Assembly: GCA_038209015.1 (NCBI GenBank)
Contig: JBBQYC010000001.1
Span: 18,974 to 82,973, forward strand
DNA from: Candidatus Saccharimonadales bacterium
Lineage (GTDB): Bacteria > Patescibacteriota > Saccharimonadia > Saccharimonadales > JBBQYC01
Direction of reading: 5' to 3'
Length of the DNA stretch: 64,000 nt
Position numbers and translations under genes: made by a program. Under the pieces are notes generated by a model, which worked only from the letters and a program-made list of their open reading frames with translations, ran no database searches and was not told the DNA's origin. Below, in pieces: positions 36,859 through 46,035 of this stretch. Within the stretch, counting starts at the first letter, position 1. Every line of letters begins with the position of its first letter.

Positions 36859-37552
36859 TCAAATTACCGCGGTGCAAACCATGCTGCGGGAACACGCCGA
36901 CCCAAGCAGGCCTGATTTTTTGTCTAATTGGTTCAAAAACCGTCCAGGGTATCCGCCCGACGATTCGTTCCTCGGTGTGCGTGTGCCCGTCCAGCGTGCC
37001 ACTGCCAAGAAAAATTATCAGCGTATATCACTACACGATACGCAAAAACTGTTGCAAAGCGTATGGCATGAAGAGCGTCTGACGGCGCTGTTTATTCTGC
37101 TGCTGAAATACCAGAAATTCGACTTCAATCGTCAAACAATTTTTGATATGTATATGAGTAATCTACTGCACATAAATAACTGGGATTTGGTCGATTCCAG
37201 TGCGCCCGGGATTGTCGGCAGGCACTTATCTGGCTCACCATATAAAATGCGAGTTTTGAAAAAAATGGCCACATCGAGCCGGGTATGGGAACGGCGCATC
37301 GCAATAATTTCAACGCTGTATAACATAAAACAGGGGAGCGGAACGGAGACACTGGAACTTGCGGCACAATTAAGCGATGATACTGATGCTTATATTCACA
37401 AGGCTACTGGACGGATGCTACGTGAAATGGGCAAGCGTATAGATGAAGAGCTGTTGATCGACTATCTGAATCAGCACGCCGCATATATGCCAAGGACAAT
37501 GGTGCGATATGCAATAGAAAAGTTACCACCACAAGTCCGCTCACAGTACTAA
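36851..37552 (+). CDS. DNA alkylation repair protein (AlkD-like)
   Basis: FLGVRVP, HEER, NNWDLVD, WERR, KA.G.MLRE. Confidence 0.9.
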   Translation: MSDQITAVQTMLREHADPSRPDFLSNWFKNRPGYPPDDSFLGVRVPVQRATAKKNYQRISLHDTQKLLQSVWHEERLTALFILLLKYQKFDFNRQTIFDMYMSNLLHINNWDLVDSSAPGIVGRHLSGSPYKMRVLKKMATSSRVWERRIAIISTLYNIKQGSGTETLELAAQLSDDTDAYIHKATGRMLREMGKRIDEELLIDYLNQHAAYMPRTMVRYAIEKLPPQVRSQY

Positions 37553-37564
37553 AGAAGGAGTCAT

Positions 37565-38776
37565 ATGCTCAAAAGTACCCACGATAATATTCGACGAGTA
37601 GCCCAGAATATTGGCCTCACTGACAGCGACATTGATTTTTTATTGAGCATTGATAAAGAGCACATATTTGAAATTGAGTTAGAAAATGGAAAATCATATC
37701 CTGCATATCGGATGCAGCATAAAAACATCCATGGACCGTACAAAGGCGGAATACGGTTTCATCCTGACGTTAATGTAGATGAAGTCAGGGCGTTATCTAT
37801 ACTCATGTCCCTAAAAACGGCAGCAGTTGGGCTGCCGCTAGGAGGGGGGAAGGGCGGTGTCACCGTTGACCCTCGGCAGCTAAACCCTCATGAGTTAGAG
37901 GAATTATCCCGGGCATACGCTAGGCACCTTCACAAACATATTGGTCCAGATACTGACATTCCGGCACCGGATGTAAATACAGACAGCAAGATTATCGACT
38001 GGATGGTTGACGAGTTTGAGCAATTAACCGGTGATACTTCAGGCGCATCATTTACTGGAAAATCTCTCAAAAACAGAGGCAGTCAAGGTCGCGAAGCAGC
38101 TACCGGGAGGGGCGGCGTCTTAGCGCTGCGTGAAGTATTGAGCGATCAAATGCAGGACAATAGAAAAATGACCGTCGGCGTTCAAGGATTCGGCAATGTT
38201 GGACAATATTTCTGCCTGCTACTGCAGCAGTTGCTGCCCAATAGTGTTGTTGTGGCTGTTACTGACAGTTCAGGCGGAGTCTACAATCCCAACGGGTTGA
38301 ATCTAACGGAGTTAATTGATTATAAGAATAATAGCGGGCGGCTAGCAGATTTTTCCTCTTTGCAGACAAAAAACATCACAGCAGAACAGATTGTTCCAGT
38401 AGAAGTAGATGTATTGGTTCTTGCGGCGCTAGGTGATGTCATTACGCCAGATAACGTACATACCGTTAAAGCTTCATATGTTCTGGAGCTGGCAAATGGC
38501 CCAGTACAAGAACCAGCCGAAGCAATATTGGCTGAAAAGAATATCTTTGTGATTCCAGATGTGCTCGCTAATGCCGGAGGGGTCATAGTCAGCTACTTAG
38601 AGTGGTTACAAAACAAGGAACGAAACCACTGGTCAAAAGCAGAGGTTGAGCAGAAGCTCGAATCTATTCTTGTGCCCCCGCTACGGGAGACGCTGCAATA
38701 TATGCGAACGCATTCAGTAACAATGCGTGAAGCCGCATTAGCTCGGGCAATGAAAAGCCTGTTAAAAGCACGTTAA
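37565..38776 (+). CDS. gdhA: Glu/Leu/Phe/Val (glutamate) dehydrogenase
   Basis: GPYKGGIRFHP, GGGKGG, DIPAPDV, QGFGNVG, NAGGV. Confidence 0.93.
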   Translation: MLKSTHDNIRRVAQNIGLTDSDIDFLLSIDKEHIFEIELENGKSYPAYRMQHKNIHGPYKGGIRFHPDVNVDEVRALSILMSLKTAAVGLPLGGGKGGVTVDPRQLNPHELEELSRAYARHLHKHIGPDTDIPAPDVNTDSKIIDWMVDEFEQLTGDTSGASFTGKSLKNRGSQGREAATGRGGVLALREVLSDQMQDNRKMTVGVQGFGNVGQYFCLLLQQLLPNSVVVAVTDSSGGVYNPNGLNLTELIDYKNNSGRLADFSSLQTKNITAEQIVPVEVDVLVLAALGDVITPDNVHTVKASYVLELANGPVQEPAEAILAEKNIFVIPDVLANAGGVIVSYLEWLQNKERNHWSKAEVEQKLESILVPPLRETLQYMRTHSVTMREAALARAMKSLLKAR

Positions 38777-38819
38777 CACTAGGGCCCATGATAGAATAGA
38801 CGCATGAAGATGAGGGTTT

Positions 38820-39149
38820 ATGGCGCGTAGGGCAGTGAGTGGTTTTATAGAGTTTGTACGGACCCAGGGCGTTGTCGGACTGGCGGTTGGTTTGGCCATT
38901 GGAGCGGCTTCTGCGGAATTTGTAAAAAACATTGTCGCGAGTATTATCACGCCAATCGTAGACCTGCTAGTCGGTCCGGGAGGCTTGGATAATTTGACGT
39001 ACACAATGATGATCGGTGACCGTCGAGGAGTTTTCAATTTTGGTTTACTCATTGATAGTCTTTTGAAGTTTCTAGCTGTAGCATTCGTTATTTATTTTGT
39101 TGTCAAAGGCTTCCGCCTTGATAAGCTTGATAAGAAAAAGGATGCGTAA
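38820..39149 (+). CDS. mscL: MscL family mechanosensitive channel
   Basis: F.EF....VVGLAVGLAIG.A....V...II.P...FG......F. Confidence 0.88.
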   Translation: MARRAVSGFIEFVRTQGVVGLAVGLAIGAASAEFVKNIVASIITPIVDLLVGPGGLDNLTYTMMIGDRRGVFNFGLLIDSLLKFLAVAFVIYFVVKGFRLDKLDKKKDA

Positions 39150-39152
39150 TTC

Positions 39153-39548
39153 ATGCAATTAAGCGACACGCAGTGGCAAGATAAACTATCAGAAAAGCAA
39201 TATAGCGTTCTGCGCCAGAAGGCCACCGAACAACCTTTTACCGGTGATCTGCTTAAAGAAAAACGTTCCGGTATGTTTGTATGCGCGGGATGCGGGAGTG
39301 AATTATTTACAAGCCATACTAAGTTTGAAAGCGGGTCCGGCTGGCCTAGTTTCTACGATGTCGCAGAAACCGGTGCCGTGAAGCTTATCGATGATAAAAC
39401 GCTTGGAATGGTCCGAGTAGAAGCGGTGTGCGCATCGTGTGGAGGGCATTTAGGACATGTATTTGATGATGCTCACGACCAGCCGACAGGTAAACGCTAC
39501 TGTATAAATTCAGTCGCTTTAGAATTTAAGCCAGAGGATAAATCATAA
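39153..39548 (+). CDS. msrB: Methionine-R-sulfoxide reductase
   Basis: KFESGSGWPSF, GHLGHVF, RYCINS. Confidence 0.96.
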   Translation: MQLSDTQWQDKLSEKQYSVLRQKATEQPFTGDLLKEKRSGMFVCAGCGSELFTSHTKFESGSGWPSFYDVAETGAVKLIDDKTLGMVRVEAVCASCGGHLGHVFDDAHDQPTGKRYCINSVALEFKPEDKS

Positions 39549-39641
39549 TGAATCCTGTTAGAACCTATTCACTTTTGGTACAAGAACACCAATATGCCAC
39601 TATCGAATGTATGAATAAACTGGAAGGCTTCTAACGGGATG
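39548..39641 (+). repeat. Start-codon-associated inverted-repeat element, copy B
   Basis: ATGAATCCTGTTAGAA...ACTGGAAGGC-TTCTAACGGG-ATGGAT. Confidence 0.8.
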
Positions 39642-41165
39642 GATGATATTCGAGATAGATTTCGAGCAAACGGAGCGCCAAGTACTGGTGGACGCCGTGA
39701 TTTTGTAGGACCTTTGCGGCCCGAACGACCCTTGCAGCCACAACGTACGCCACAGCCCGCGCCAACACCCAAGCCTCAGTCGAATGCGCCATCCTCATGG
39801 ATGCAGCAACCGAGTCAGTCGCAACCTGCCATGAGTCCGCGACCGCGACCACGTCCGATAGCTGCTCAGCCAAATCAGTTTGGACCAATCCCGCAGCGAT
39901 CGGCCGCAGCTCCTGCTGCCGCCAAAGCGCGTAAAGCGCGTAAAAAAAGTAGGAAGAAGCCAATCATAGCCGTACTAGCTTTGCTTGTTTTATTAGCCGG
40001 CGGCGGTGGCGCATACGCATTCCTTGGTCGCACACCTACTGAACAAGCATCTCAAACTCCTGTGGCCGATACGGCAGGCGCATCGACAGCTGCTGCGGAT
40101 TCTGAACCGCAATTACAGCAGGGCACAATCAGGCTGATGGCTACCGGAACATTCGCTGCCTATGATTCCATCCACCAGATGGCAAGAAAAGGTGACAAAT
40201 ATGACTATCTACCTTTGATGCAAAACATCAAACCCGCGTTAGATACTGCTGATATCAGCGTCTGCCATCAGGAGACGTTAGCCGGTGGGGCCGATAAGGG
40301 AGTGAGCGGATATCCTGAATTCAATGCTCCTTTCGAGTGGTCGGCTGCTATGGCGGGTATCGGCTGTAGCGTAATGAACGTTGCTTCACTAAACACCAAT
40401 GACAAGGGCCAGGCAGCCATAGACGCTGCATTAAAATATTTTGAGAGTCAACAGTCTATCGTAGCCGTTTCTGGAGCAAACCGAAGCCAAGACGAACAAG
40501 ATAAAATTCGCTACTTCGAAGTGAAAGGGCTGCAGTTCGCCTATCTTTCCTACACGACCCAATCACTGAAAGCTCCCGCAAACAAATACAGCGTTAATGT
40601 TTACAGTGAGCCACTCGCTAAGAAACATATTACTGAAGCTCAAAAAAATGCAGATTTTGTGATTGTGGGAATGACATGGGGTGAACCTGATAAAGCTGAA
40701 GTCACAGCTCAGCAGAATCAAATCGCAGCGTTTTTAGCCAAGCAAGATGTCGATTTGGTAATCGGGAATGGACCTCATATCTTGCAGCCGGCAAAAGTAT
40801 TAGATGGTACCGAAGGGCACCAAACGCTGGTATGGTTTAGTCTTGGAAATGCAGTCAACTCACAGCTACCGATGGAAAATCTTATTGGCGGTATCGCAGT
40901 TGTTGATATAGATATTCAGACTCAAGATATGTTAAATCCTGGGCTCCTGCCTGTCTACCAGCACTATGAGTGGACCGCAGCTGAAAAGGCTAACAGTAAG
41001 TTTGATGCCCGTAAAAACTTTAGCTTGTATATGCTGGATAAAGCCGCGGAAGTACTCGCAAAATCCCAAAACGGGACTACCGTTGAAGCCCAGAACAAGC
41101 GGGTGAATGACATTATCACTCGTGATGCACCTATTAATGTCTTAAGCTCCAAAGACCTCGAATAA
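39639..41165 (+). CDS. CapA/PGA_cap-like protein with Pro/Gln-rich cytoplasmic N-terminus
   Basis: TM anchor; YP.FN.P, G.GPH..QP, FSLGN; metal ligands degenerate. Confidence 0.8.
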   Translation: MDDIRDRFRANGAPSTGGRRDFVGPLRPERPLQPQRTPQPAPTPKPQSNAPSSWMQQPSQSQPAMSPRPRPRPIAAQPNQFGPIPQRSAAAPAAAKARKARKKSRKKPIIAVLALLVLLAGGGGAYAFLGRTPTEQASQTPVADTAGASTAAADSEPQLQQGTIRLMATGTFAAYDSIHQMARKGDKYDYLPLMQNIKPALDTADISVCHQETLAGGADKGVSGYPEFNAPFEWSAAMAGIGCSVMNVASLNTNDKGQAAIDAALKYFESQQSIVAVSGANRSQDEQDKIRYFEVKGLQFAYLSYTTQSLKAPANKYSVNVYSEPLAKKHITEAQKNADFVIVGMTWGEPDKAEVTAQQNQIAAFLAKQDVDLVIGNGPHILQPAKVLDGTEGHQTLVWFSLGNAVNSQLPMENLIGGIAVVDIDIQTQDMLNPGLLPVYQHYEWTAAEKANSKFDARKNFSLYMLDKAAEVLAKSQNGTTVEAQNKRVNDIITRDAPINVLSSKDLE

Positions 41166-41203
41166 TCTCTGCTTTATTCCAAGAAGTTATAGACGAGTAC
41201 TTT

Positions 41204-41938
41204 TTACCAAGGTTGAGAGGCGGGAACGACATCGAAAAATTCTTCGAGTGTTTCAATATGTTTTGTATGCATTTCGGTCGCTAAATCTTTACCGACATAC
41301 CGCCAGTGCCATGGTTCCGCGCGGTACCCTGTGATAGCTTGCTTGTCTGGAGTATACCGTTGAATATACCCATACTTGTGTGCGTTCTTTTGTAGCCATT
41401 TGTATGGTTCGGTTCCACCAAAGCAGTCCTCAATTCCGCAGCCACCACCACCGACATCAATACCAAGTCCTGTTTGGTGTTCACTGTGTCCCGGCCGAGC
41501 GCTTTGCGCATCTGCTGCAGCTTGGCCATATCGTTGCACTTCCGAGGCATATACAGCTTGTTGGGTTTGGTAGGAGCGGTACCCACTAAGCGGAATGATT
41601 TCCACATTCTCACTTCGAGCATCAGCTAATAGCTTAGTAAATGCTTTGGCGGCTTCGGTTCGCAGCTGCTGGCCACCACCTACATCAGTTAAGTCAGACG
41701 GTGCATATTCTACCGGTTGCAGCGGCTGAACCTTGCTGGCTATAACCCAAATACTATTCGGATCGTTCAACGAGTACTTTTTTTTATCAAATTCAGGTTC
41801 TGATGGCTGCTTCGAAGCAGGTTGTGGCGCTTGAGGCCTGCTGGTTAGCTCCGGTGAAAAAACACGGCTTGGGAAGGCAACCAGGGCTACCGCTACCAGC
41901 AAAGCTATGACGAGGAGGCCGATAATTCGCTTGTTCAT
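41204..41938 (-). CDS. M15B D-Ala-D-Ala carboxypeptidase (VanY/LdcB-like)
   Basis: SGYRSY..Q, SARPGHSEHQTGL..D, EPWHWRYVG. Confidence 0.93.
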   Translation of the reverse strand: MNKRIIGLLVIALLVAVALVAFPSRVFSPELTSRPQAPQPASKQPSEPEFDKKKYSLNDPNSIWVIASKVQPLQPVEYAPSDLTDVGGGQQLRTEAAKAFTKLLADARSENVEIIPLSGYRSYQTQQAVYASEVQRYGQAAADAQSARPGHSEHQTGLGIDVGGGGCGIEDCFGGTEPYKWLQKNAHKYGYIQRYTPDKQAITGYRAEPWHWRYVGKDLATEMHTKHIETLEEFFDVVPASQPW

Positions 41939-41964
41939 ACCTGAGCAGTATATACTAGGTGCCA

Positions 41965-42528
41965 ATGAGTAGTCCTAACAAGCACCAGTTGCCAACAAAA
42001 TTATTGTGGGTCGATTTAGAGATGACCGGTTTGGATTCGACAAAAGACGTGCTTTTAGAAATTGCCGCCGAAGTAACTGACTTCAATTTCAAAACCCTTG
42101 GCAGTTATGAGGCCCGAATAAAACAAAATAAAAAAACAGTACTCAGTCGTATGCAGGCCAATATTTGGTGGCGTGATTTTCCTGAAAACCGCGATGAGTT
42201 TGTCAATAAATTAGACGAAGGCAAGCCGCTACAGCAAGTCGAAGGAGAAATGATTCAGCTTGTTGAAGAGCATTTTAATGATGAGCACGCGGTGCTGGCA
42301 GGGAACTCTATCTATAATGACCGCAATTTTATTAAGTTTTGGATGCCTTCGCTAGACCTCAAGCTTCATTACCGAATGCTTGATGTGAGTGCTTGGAAAG
42401 TATTTATGCAAGGCCGCTACAACGAGGTTTTTGAGAAGCGTGAAGTACACCGCGCCTTCGATGATATTCAGGCATCAATAGCTGAACTCGAACATTACTT
42501 GGAGTATTTCAAGAAAAATGGATCATAA
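41965..42528 (+). CDS. orn: Oligoribonuclease
   Basis: WVDLEMTGLD, LAGNS, HYRMLDVS, HRA.DDI..SI.EL. Confidence 0.93.
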   Translation: MSSPNKHQLPTKLLWVDLEMTGLDSTKDVLLEIAAEVTDFNFKTLGSYEARIKQNKKTVLSRMQANIWWRDFPENRDEFVNKLDEGKPLQQVEGEMIQLVEEHFNDEHAVLAGNSIYNDRNFIKFWMPSLDLKLHYRMLDVSAWKVFMQGRYNEVFEKREVHRAFDDIQASIAELEHYLEYFKKNGS

Positions 42529-42862
42529 AACTGTCGAAACGTTTTTGTTAAGTTTGCCGAACGCAAAGTTGGACTATCCATTCGGAGAAGGTGTAGCTGT
42601 TTATAAAATTGACGACAAAATGTTCGCCATTATTCAGGAGCAAAAAGAACCAGTCAATATTAGCCTGAAATGCGACCCGCAGTTAGCGGTAGTGTTACGT
42701 GATACATACGAAACGGTTATGGCGGGATATCATTTGAATAAAAAACATTGGAATACCATTGTGCTAACCGGACAACTGCCATGGGAAGAGGTGCAAGCGC
42801 TCATTCAGCATAGCTATAGTCTTGTTACGAACGATGGTGACCCAACACCTTTATTTGACTGA
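42518..42862 (+). CDS. MmcQ/YjbR family DNA-binding protein
   Basis: YPFG, KMFA, LKCDP, GYHLNKKHWNT. Confidence 0.93.
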   Translation: MDHKTVETFLLSLPNAKLDYPFGEGVAVYKIDDKMFAIIQEQKEPVNISLKCDPQLAVVLRDTYETVMAGYHLNKKHWNTIVLTGQLPWEEVQALIQHSYSLVTNDGDPTPLFD

Positions 42863-43474
42863 TTCGGCTTCTTCTATTAGTACTTGAGCGCTATCGTACA
42901 TGCCACTGAGGATTTGTTTATTGTCAACGTTTTCTGAGCTCTTATGAACGCGCTGCAGACTCACCTGATATTCTTTTAATAGCGAAATAATAACTTCGGT
43001 AAATGCTTGGTCAAACTGGTTATTTTGAAGAGCGTTTTCCAAAATGGAATTGGTCGCCGGATTACTACCCCCTGACAGTGTCTTTTTATCGGATTTCATG
43101 CCCGCTTTTTGCGCAAGGTCTGCTAGCTTTGCACCATCGGATACCATCGTAAAATTGATTGTCGAGGCCAGATTCTTCGTAGCAGGGGAGGAGGCTTGTT
43201 TGATTCCGATTTCGCTAACTCTTTGTAGTTCAACCTGCTGCTGCTGCGTCTTGAGGATATCTTTTTTGACTTCATCCCCAAGGCTGGCTATAAAAGACGA
43301 TATGCCGCTGCCTACAATCACTAGGGTTATTATCCCTGCAACGACCAGGAGAATTCGTTTTTGTTTAGACATACCGCTACCTAGTGGCTGTTTTGGCTGC
43401 TTAGGATCATTTATAAAGTCATAAGGGTTAGCACCGCTTTTCATTGGCGGCGGTACATTCGGAGCTTGTTCCAT
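42851..43474 (-). CDS. Single-TM hypothetical protein
   Basis: NPYDFI motif, TM segment, helical ectodomain. Confidence 0.7.
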   Translation of the reverse strand: MEQAPNVPPPMKSGANPYDFINDPKQPKQPLGSGMSKQKRILLVVAGIITLVIVGSGISSFIASLGDEVKKDILKTQQQQVELQRVSEIGIKQASSPATKNLASTINFTMVSDGAKLADLAQKAGMKSDKKTLSGGSNPATNSILENALQNNQFDQAFTEVIISLLKEYQVSLQRVHKSSENVDNKQILSGMYDSAQVLIEEAESVK

Positions 43475-43557
43475 AAGCATAAGCATACAGTTCTGGTAGC
43501 GTGCCGGCAATAGATAAATTTTGACAAACTATAATAAAAGTGTATTGTAATTTTATT

Positions 43558-43719
43558 ATGACAACATACGAACAGGATCCATATTTTCATCGTAACAGTG
43601 AAGATATTCAAGCCGAGCTCAGTGCTGAAGCAGCAGACAGGGCGGGTAAGTGGGATGAATTCATAGGCTACGCTGAAGGTAGTAATCCTACATACCTCAT
43701 CGAAAACTGGTACGAATAA
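43558..43719 (+). CDS. Small acidic hypothetical protein (53 aa), below the track cutoff
   Basis: MTTYEQDPYFHRNSEDIQAELSAEAADRAGKWDEFIGYAEGSNPTYLIENWYE, downstream of TTGACA at 43521. Confidence 0.5.
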   Translation: MTTYEQDPYFHRNSEDIQAELSAEAADRAGKWDEFIGYAEGSNPTYLIENWYE

Positions 43720-43867
43720 AAATCGTAACCACAAGCAAGTAGTTATTACCTGATTAGCGTGGAACAGTTCAATTCAAGCTAGTTGACAAAAACACAATAA
43801 ACTGCTATTATTCATGTAAGTTTTAAAAACTAAAAAGTATAAAACAAAACAAAATCGGAAAGCAAAA

Positions 43868-44404
43868 ATGAGTGAAAAACTAAAGAACAAAATCATCGAT
43901 AGGTACCAAAAGAAGCGTACTGATAAAACTCGTGTTCACGATAAAGCATTAGCAGAAGACATGGCATACGCAGAAAAACCCTATCGTGACGCTGCGCTTG
44001 CTCAGAAAGAAATCGGTATGGCCGCAGTCGGGGAAGTGTGGTCCCGCTATCCGGACACTACAGGTACTGAGCGTGTGTCTGTTTCGGATGTTGCACAACG
44101 GACTGACCATAACGAGGACGACATAGCTCACGTCCTAACTAGGGGTAGTCGGAGTTTAGCACATGATTTGTATGTAAAAGCAGACAAGACTCACCCCTAT
44201 AGAAAGCTTAAAAAAGTACGTAACCAGGCCGCTGAAATCTTTTCAGTTGATCCTGATGATATGAGTATGAGTCAGGCGCAGCAAATCGGACACCATTTAG
44301 TAGATAAAGTCTCTCAAACAACCGTAGAATCAGGAATTAAAGCCGCAGAAATAGTCCAGCAGAGACAAGAACGAAGTGCCGAAAGCAGAGAAGAGAGGGT
44401 TTGA
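43868..44404 (+). CDS. Hypothetical protein
   Basis: ORF after TTGACA...TGCTATTAT. Confidence 0.7.
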   Translation: MSEKLKNKIIDRYQKKRTDKTRVHDKALAEDMAYAEKPYRDAALAQKEIGMAAVGEVWSRYPDTTGTERVSVSDVAQRTDHNEDDIAHVLTRGSRSLAHDLYVKADKTHPYRKLKKVRNQAAEIFSVDPDDMSMSQAQQIGHHLVDKVSQTTVESGIKAAEIVQQRQERSAESREERV

Positions 44405-44406
44405 AA

Positions 44407-44979
44407 ATGAGTGAACAGTTAGTTACTAAATCGGAAAAGCAGAAGACCAATAAAGAAATTGCTCAGCAGATTGGTAGAATCACAGGTAAGTTAGTAGACC
44501 GCGCCCATAAGCTACCGGTTACCGAGTGGAATGGCAGCGATTTCCGTCAAGCCGAAGGGGCTGACGGCACCAAGATTACGTCGGTTAAACACGATCTTGC
44601 GCCTCGCACATTCGGCAAATCGACTGAACAGAAAATGTTATATATAGATGAGCTATTATCAGACAAAACCAGAAAAAAAACTTCTCTATCAACGACAGAA
44701 GAATTAGACGGTACGCACAGTATGTCCACTGTACGTAAATCTGAAGACTATGGAGACGTTACGCCACGAGTAGACGTATCGCGTCAAGTAACAGCGATGC
44801 CTGAGGCCGCTGAAAAAAATCAATTGCACAGTAGGCAGAGAGTTGAAATCAATAGCCAAGTTGTGAATGAAATAGATCAGATATCAACAAACAGCCCAGA
44901 ACATGTAGTTTCAGAGAGTGCCCAAATGTTGATGGAAGCCCGCAACCATATCGCTAAAGCAGAAGGACAGCAAAAATGA
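44407..44979 (+). CDS. Hypothetical protein
   Basis: ORF coupled to its neighbours; GAGG RBS. Confidence 0.7.
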   Translation: MSEQLVTKSEKQKTNKEIAQQIGRITGKLVDRAHKLPVTEWNGSDFRQAEGADGTKITSVKHDLAPRTFGKSTEQKMLYIDELLSDKTRKKTSLSTTEELDGTHSMSTVRKSEDYGDVTPRVDVSRQVTAMPEAAEKNQLHSRQRVEINSQVVNEIDQISTNSPEHVVSESAQMLMEARNHIAKAEGQQK

Positions 44980-45920
44980 GTAGGCATAACAACCATTCCC
45001 AGAATGAAGGCCCCATAACTCAAATAGCAGAGAAAATACCACACGCAGCGCTTGCGGCTGGAATTATTGCAACAGGATTAATGTCTCATGCAGATTCGCA
45101 TGAGACAGTGAATAAGTTTCAGGCGGAAGTCGAAGAAATAGCCGAGTCTGCTCTCAGTGAGTCACTGCGGGTTGTAGATAGTGCTGCACACAGCAAACTC
45201 TCCAATCACCAGATAGGGGAGCTTAGCGACAGGGGTCTGTTGATAGTAGACGGGGAAGACCTGCAAGATTTATCAGAAACTAAACATGCTGAGATGCTTT
45301 TTCTTCCAGGTGGTGGTAAATTCACCGGTACCATTGCAGGTACGGCGACGCTTGAAGAAGTTATCGCAGGTAATCACCGTGATGAATCTACTACTGGCAT
45401 TAAGTATGATAAAACAGCAGATAACAATGAACAGGATGCTACTGATCAACAGATAACACGCGATTTTGATTCAGTTATGGTTGTAGAATCAGACGACGGC
45501 GGACAGCTCGCGCTGATTGAAACCGGTTCTTCGACAGTGCAATTCATTGATGTCAACGAGCCTGCTTCTTGGAAGATTGGTGAAGATACGGTGGATGTGA
45601 TGCCACTTGCCCAAGTAAAAACACCGGGTATCAGTTTCGGTCCGCTGAATGACGTACTGTACCACTCTAGTATTGAGCGTGATACGCGCGTCCCAGACTT
45701 TGAAATATTCGATACAGATGAGAACGGCAAGACCGACATTGACCGACTATCCGCAGCAATCAAGGCAAATAGCGTACCCATAACGGGCATATTCGAACAG
45801 CCGAAAGGTACTATGATTGATGCCGAAGGCGCCAAACTCCCTACAGTGAAGCGATTTGTGCAGCTGAGCAGTACCGCAGAAACACCACAATACTTAGAAA
45901 TAAATACGCAAGTAACTTAG
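44976..45920 (+). CDS. Hypothetical acidic protein
   Basis: 314 aa ORF with ATGA overlap. Confidence 0.7.
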   Translation: MSRHNNHSQNEGPITQIAEKIPHAALAAGIIATGLMSHADSHETVNKFQAEVEEIAESALSESLRVVDSAAHSKLSNHQIGELSDRGLLIVDGEDLQDLSETKHAEMLFLPGGGKFTGTIAGTATLEEVIAGNHRDESTTGIKYDKTADNNEQDATDQQITRDFDSVMVVESDDGGQLALIETGSSTVQFIDVNEPASWKIGEDTVDVMPLAQVKTPGISFGPLNDVLYHSSIERDTRVPDFEIFDTDENGKTDIDRLSAAIKANSVPITGIFEQPKGTMIDAEGAKLPTVKRFVQLSSTAETPQYLEINTQVT

Positions 45921-46035
45921 CGTATAGAGTCCAATGGTTTATTCAGCAGTCTGGCAGCCGTCGCACCAAAATTCAATTGCATAGATAAGCGTTAGTAAGT
46001 AGTAGGTAACAGAGTAGCGTACAATATCATCAGAT

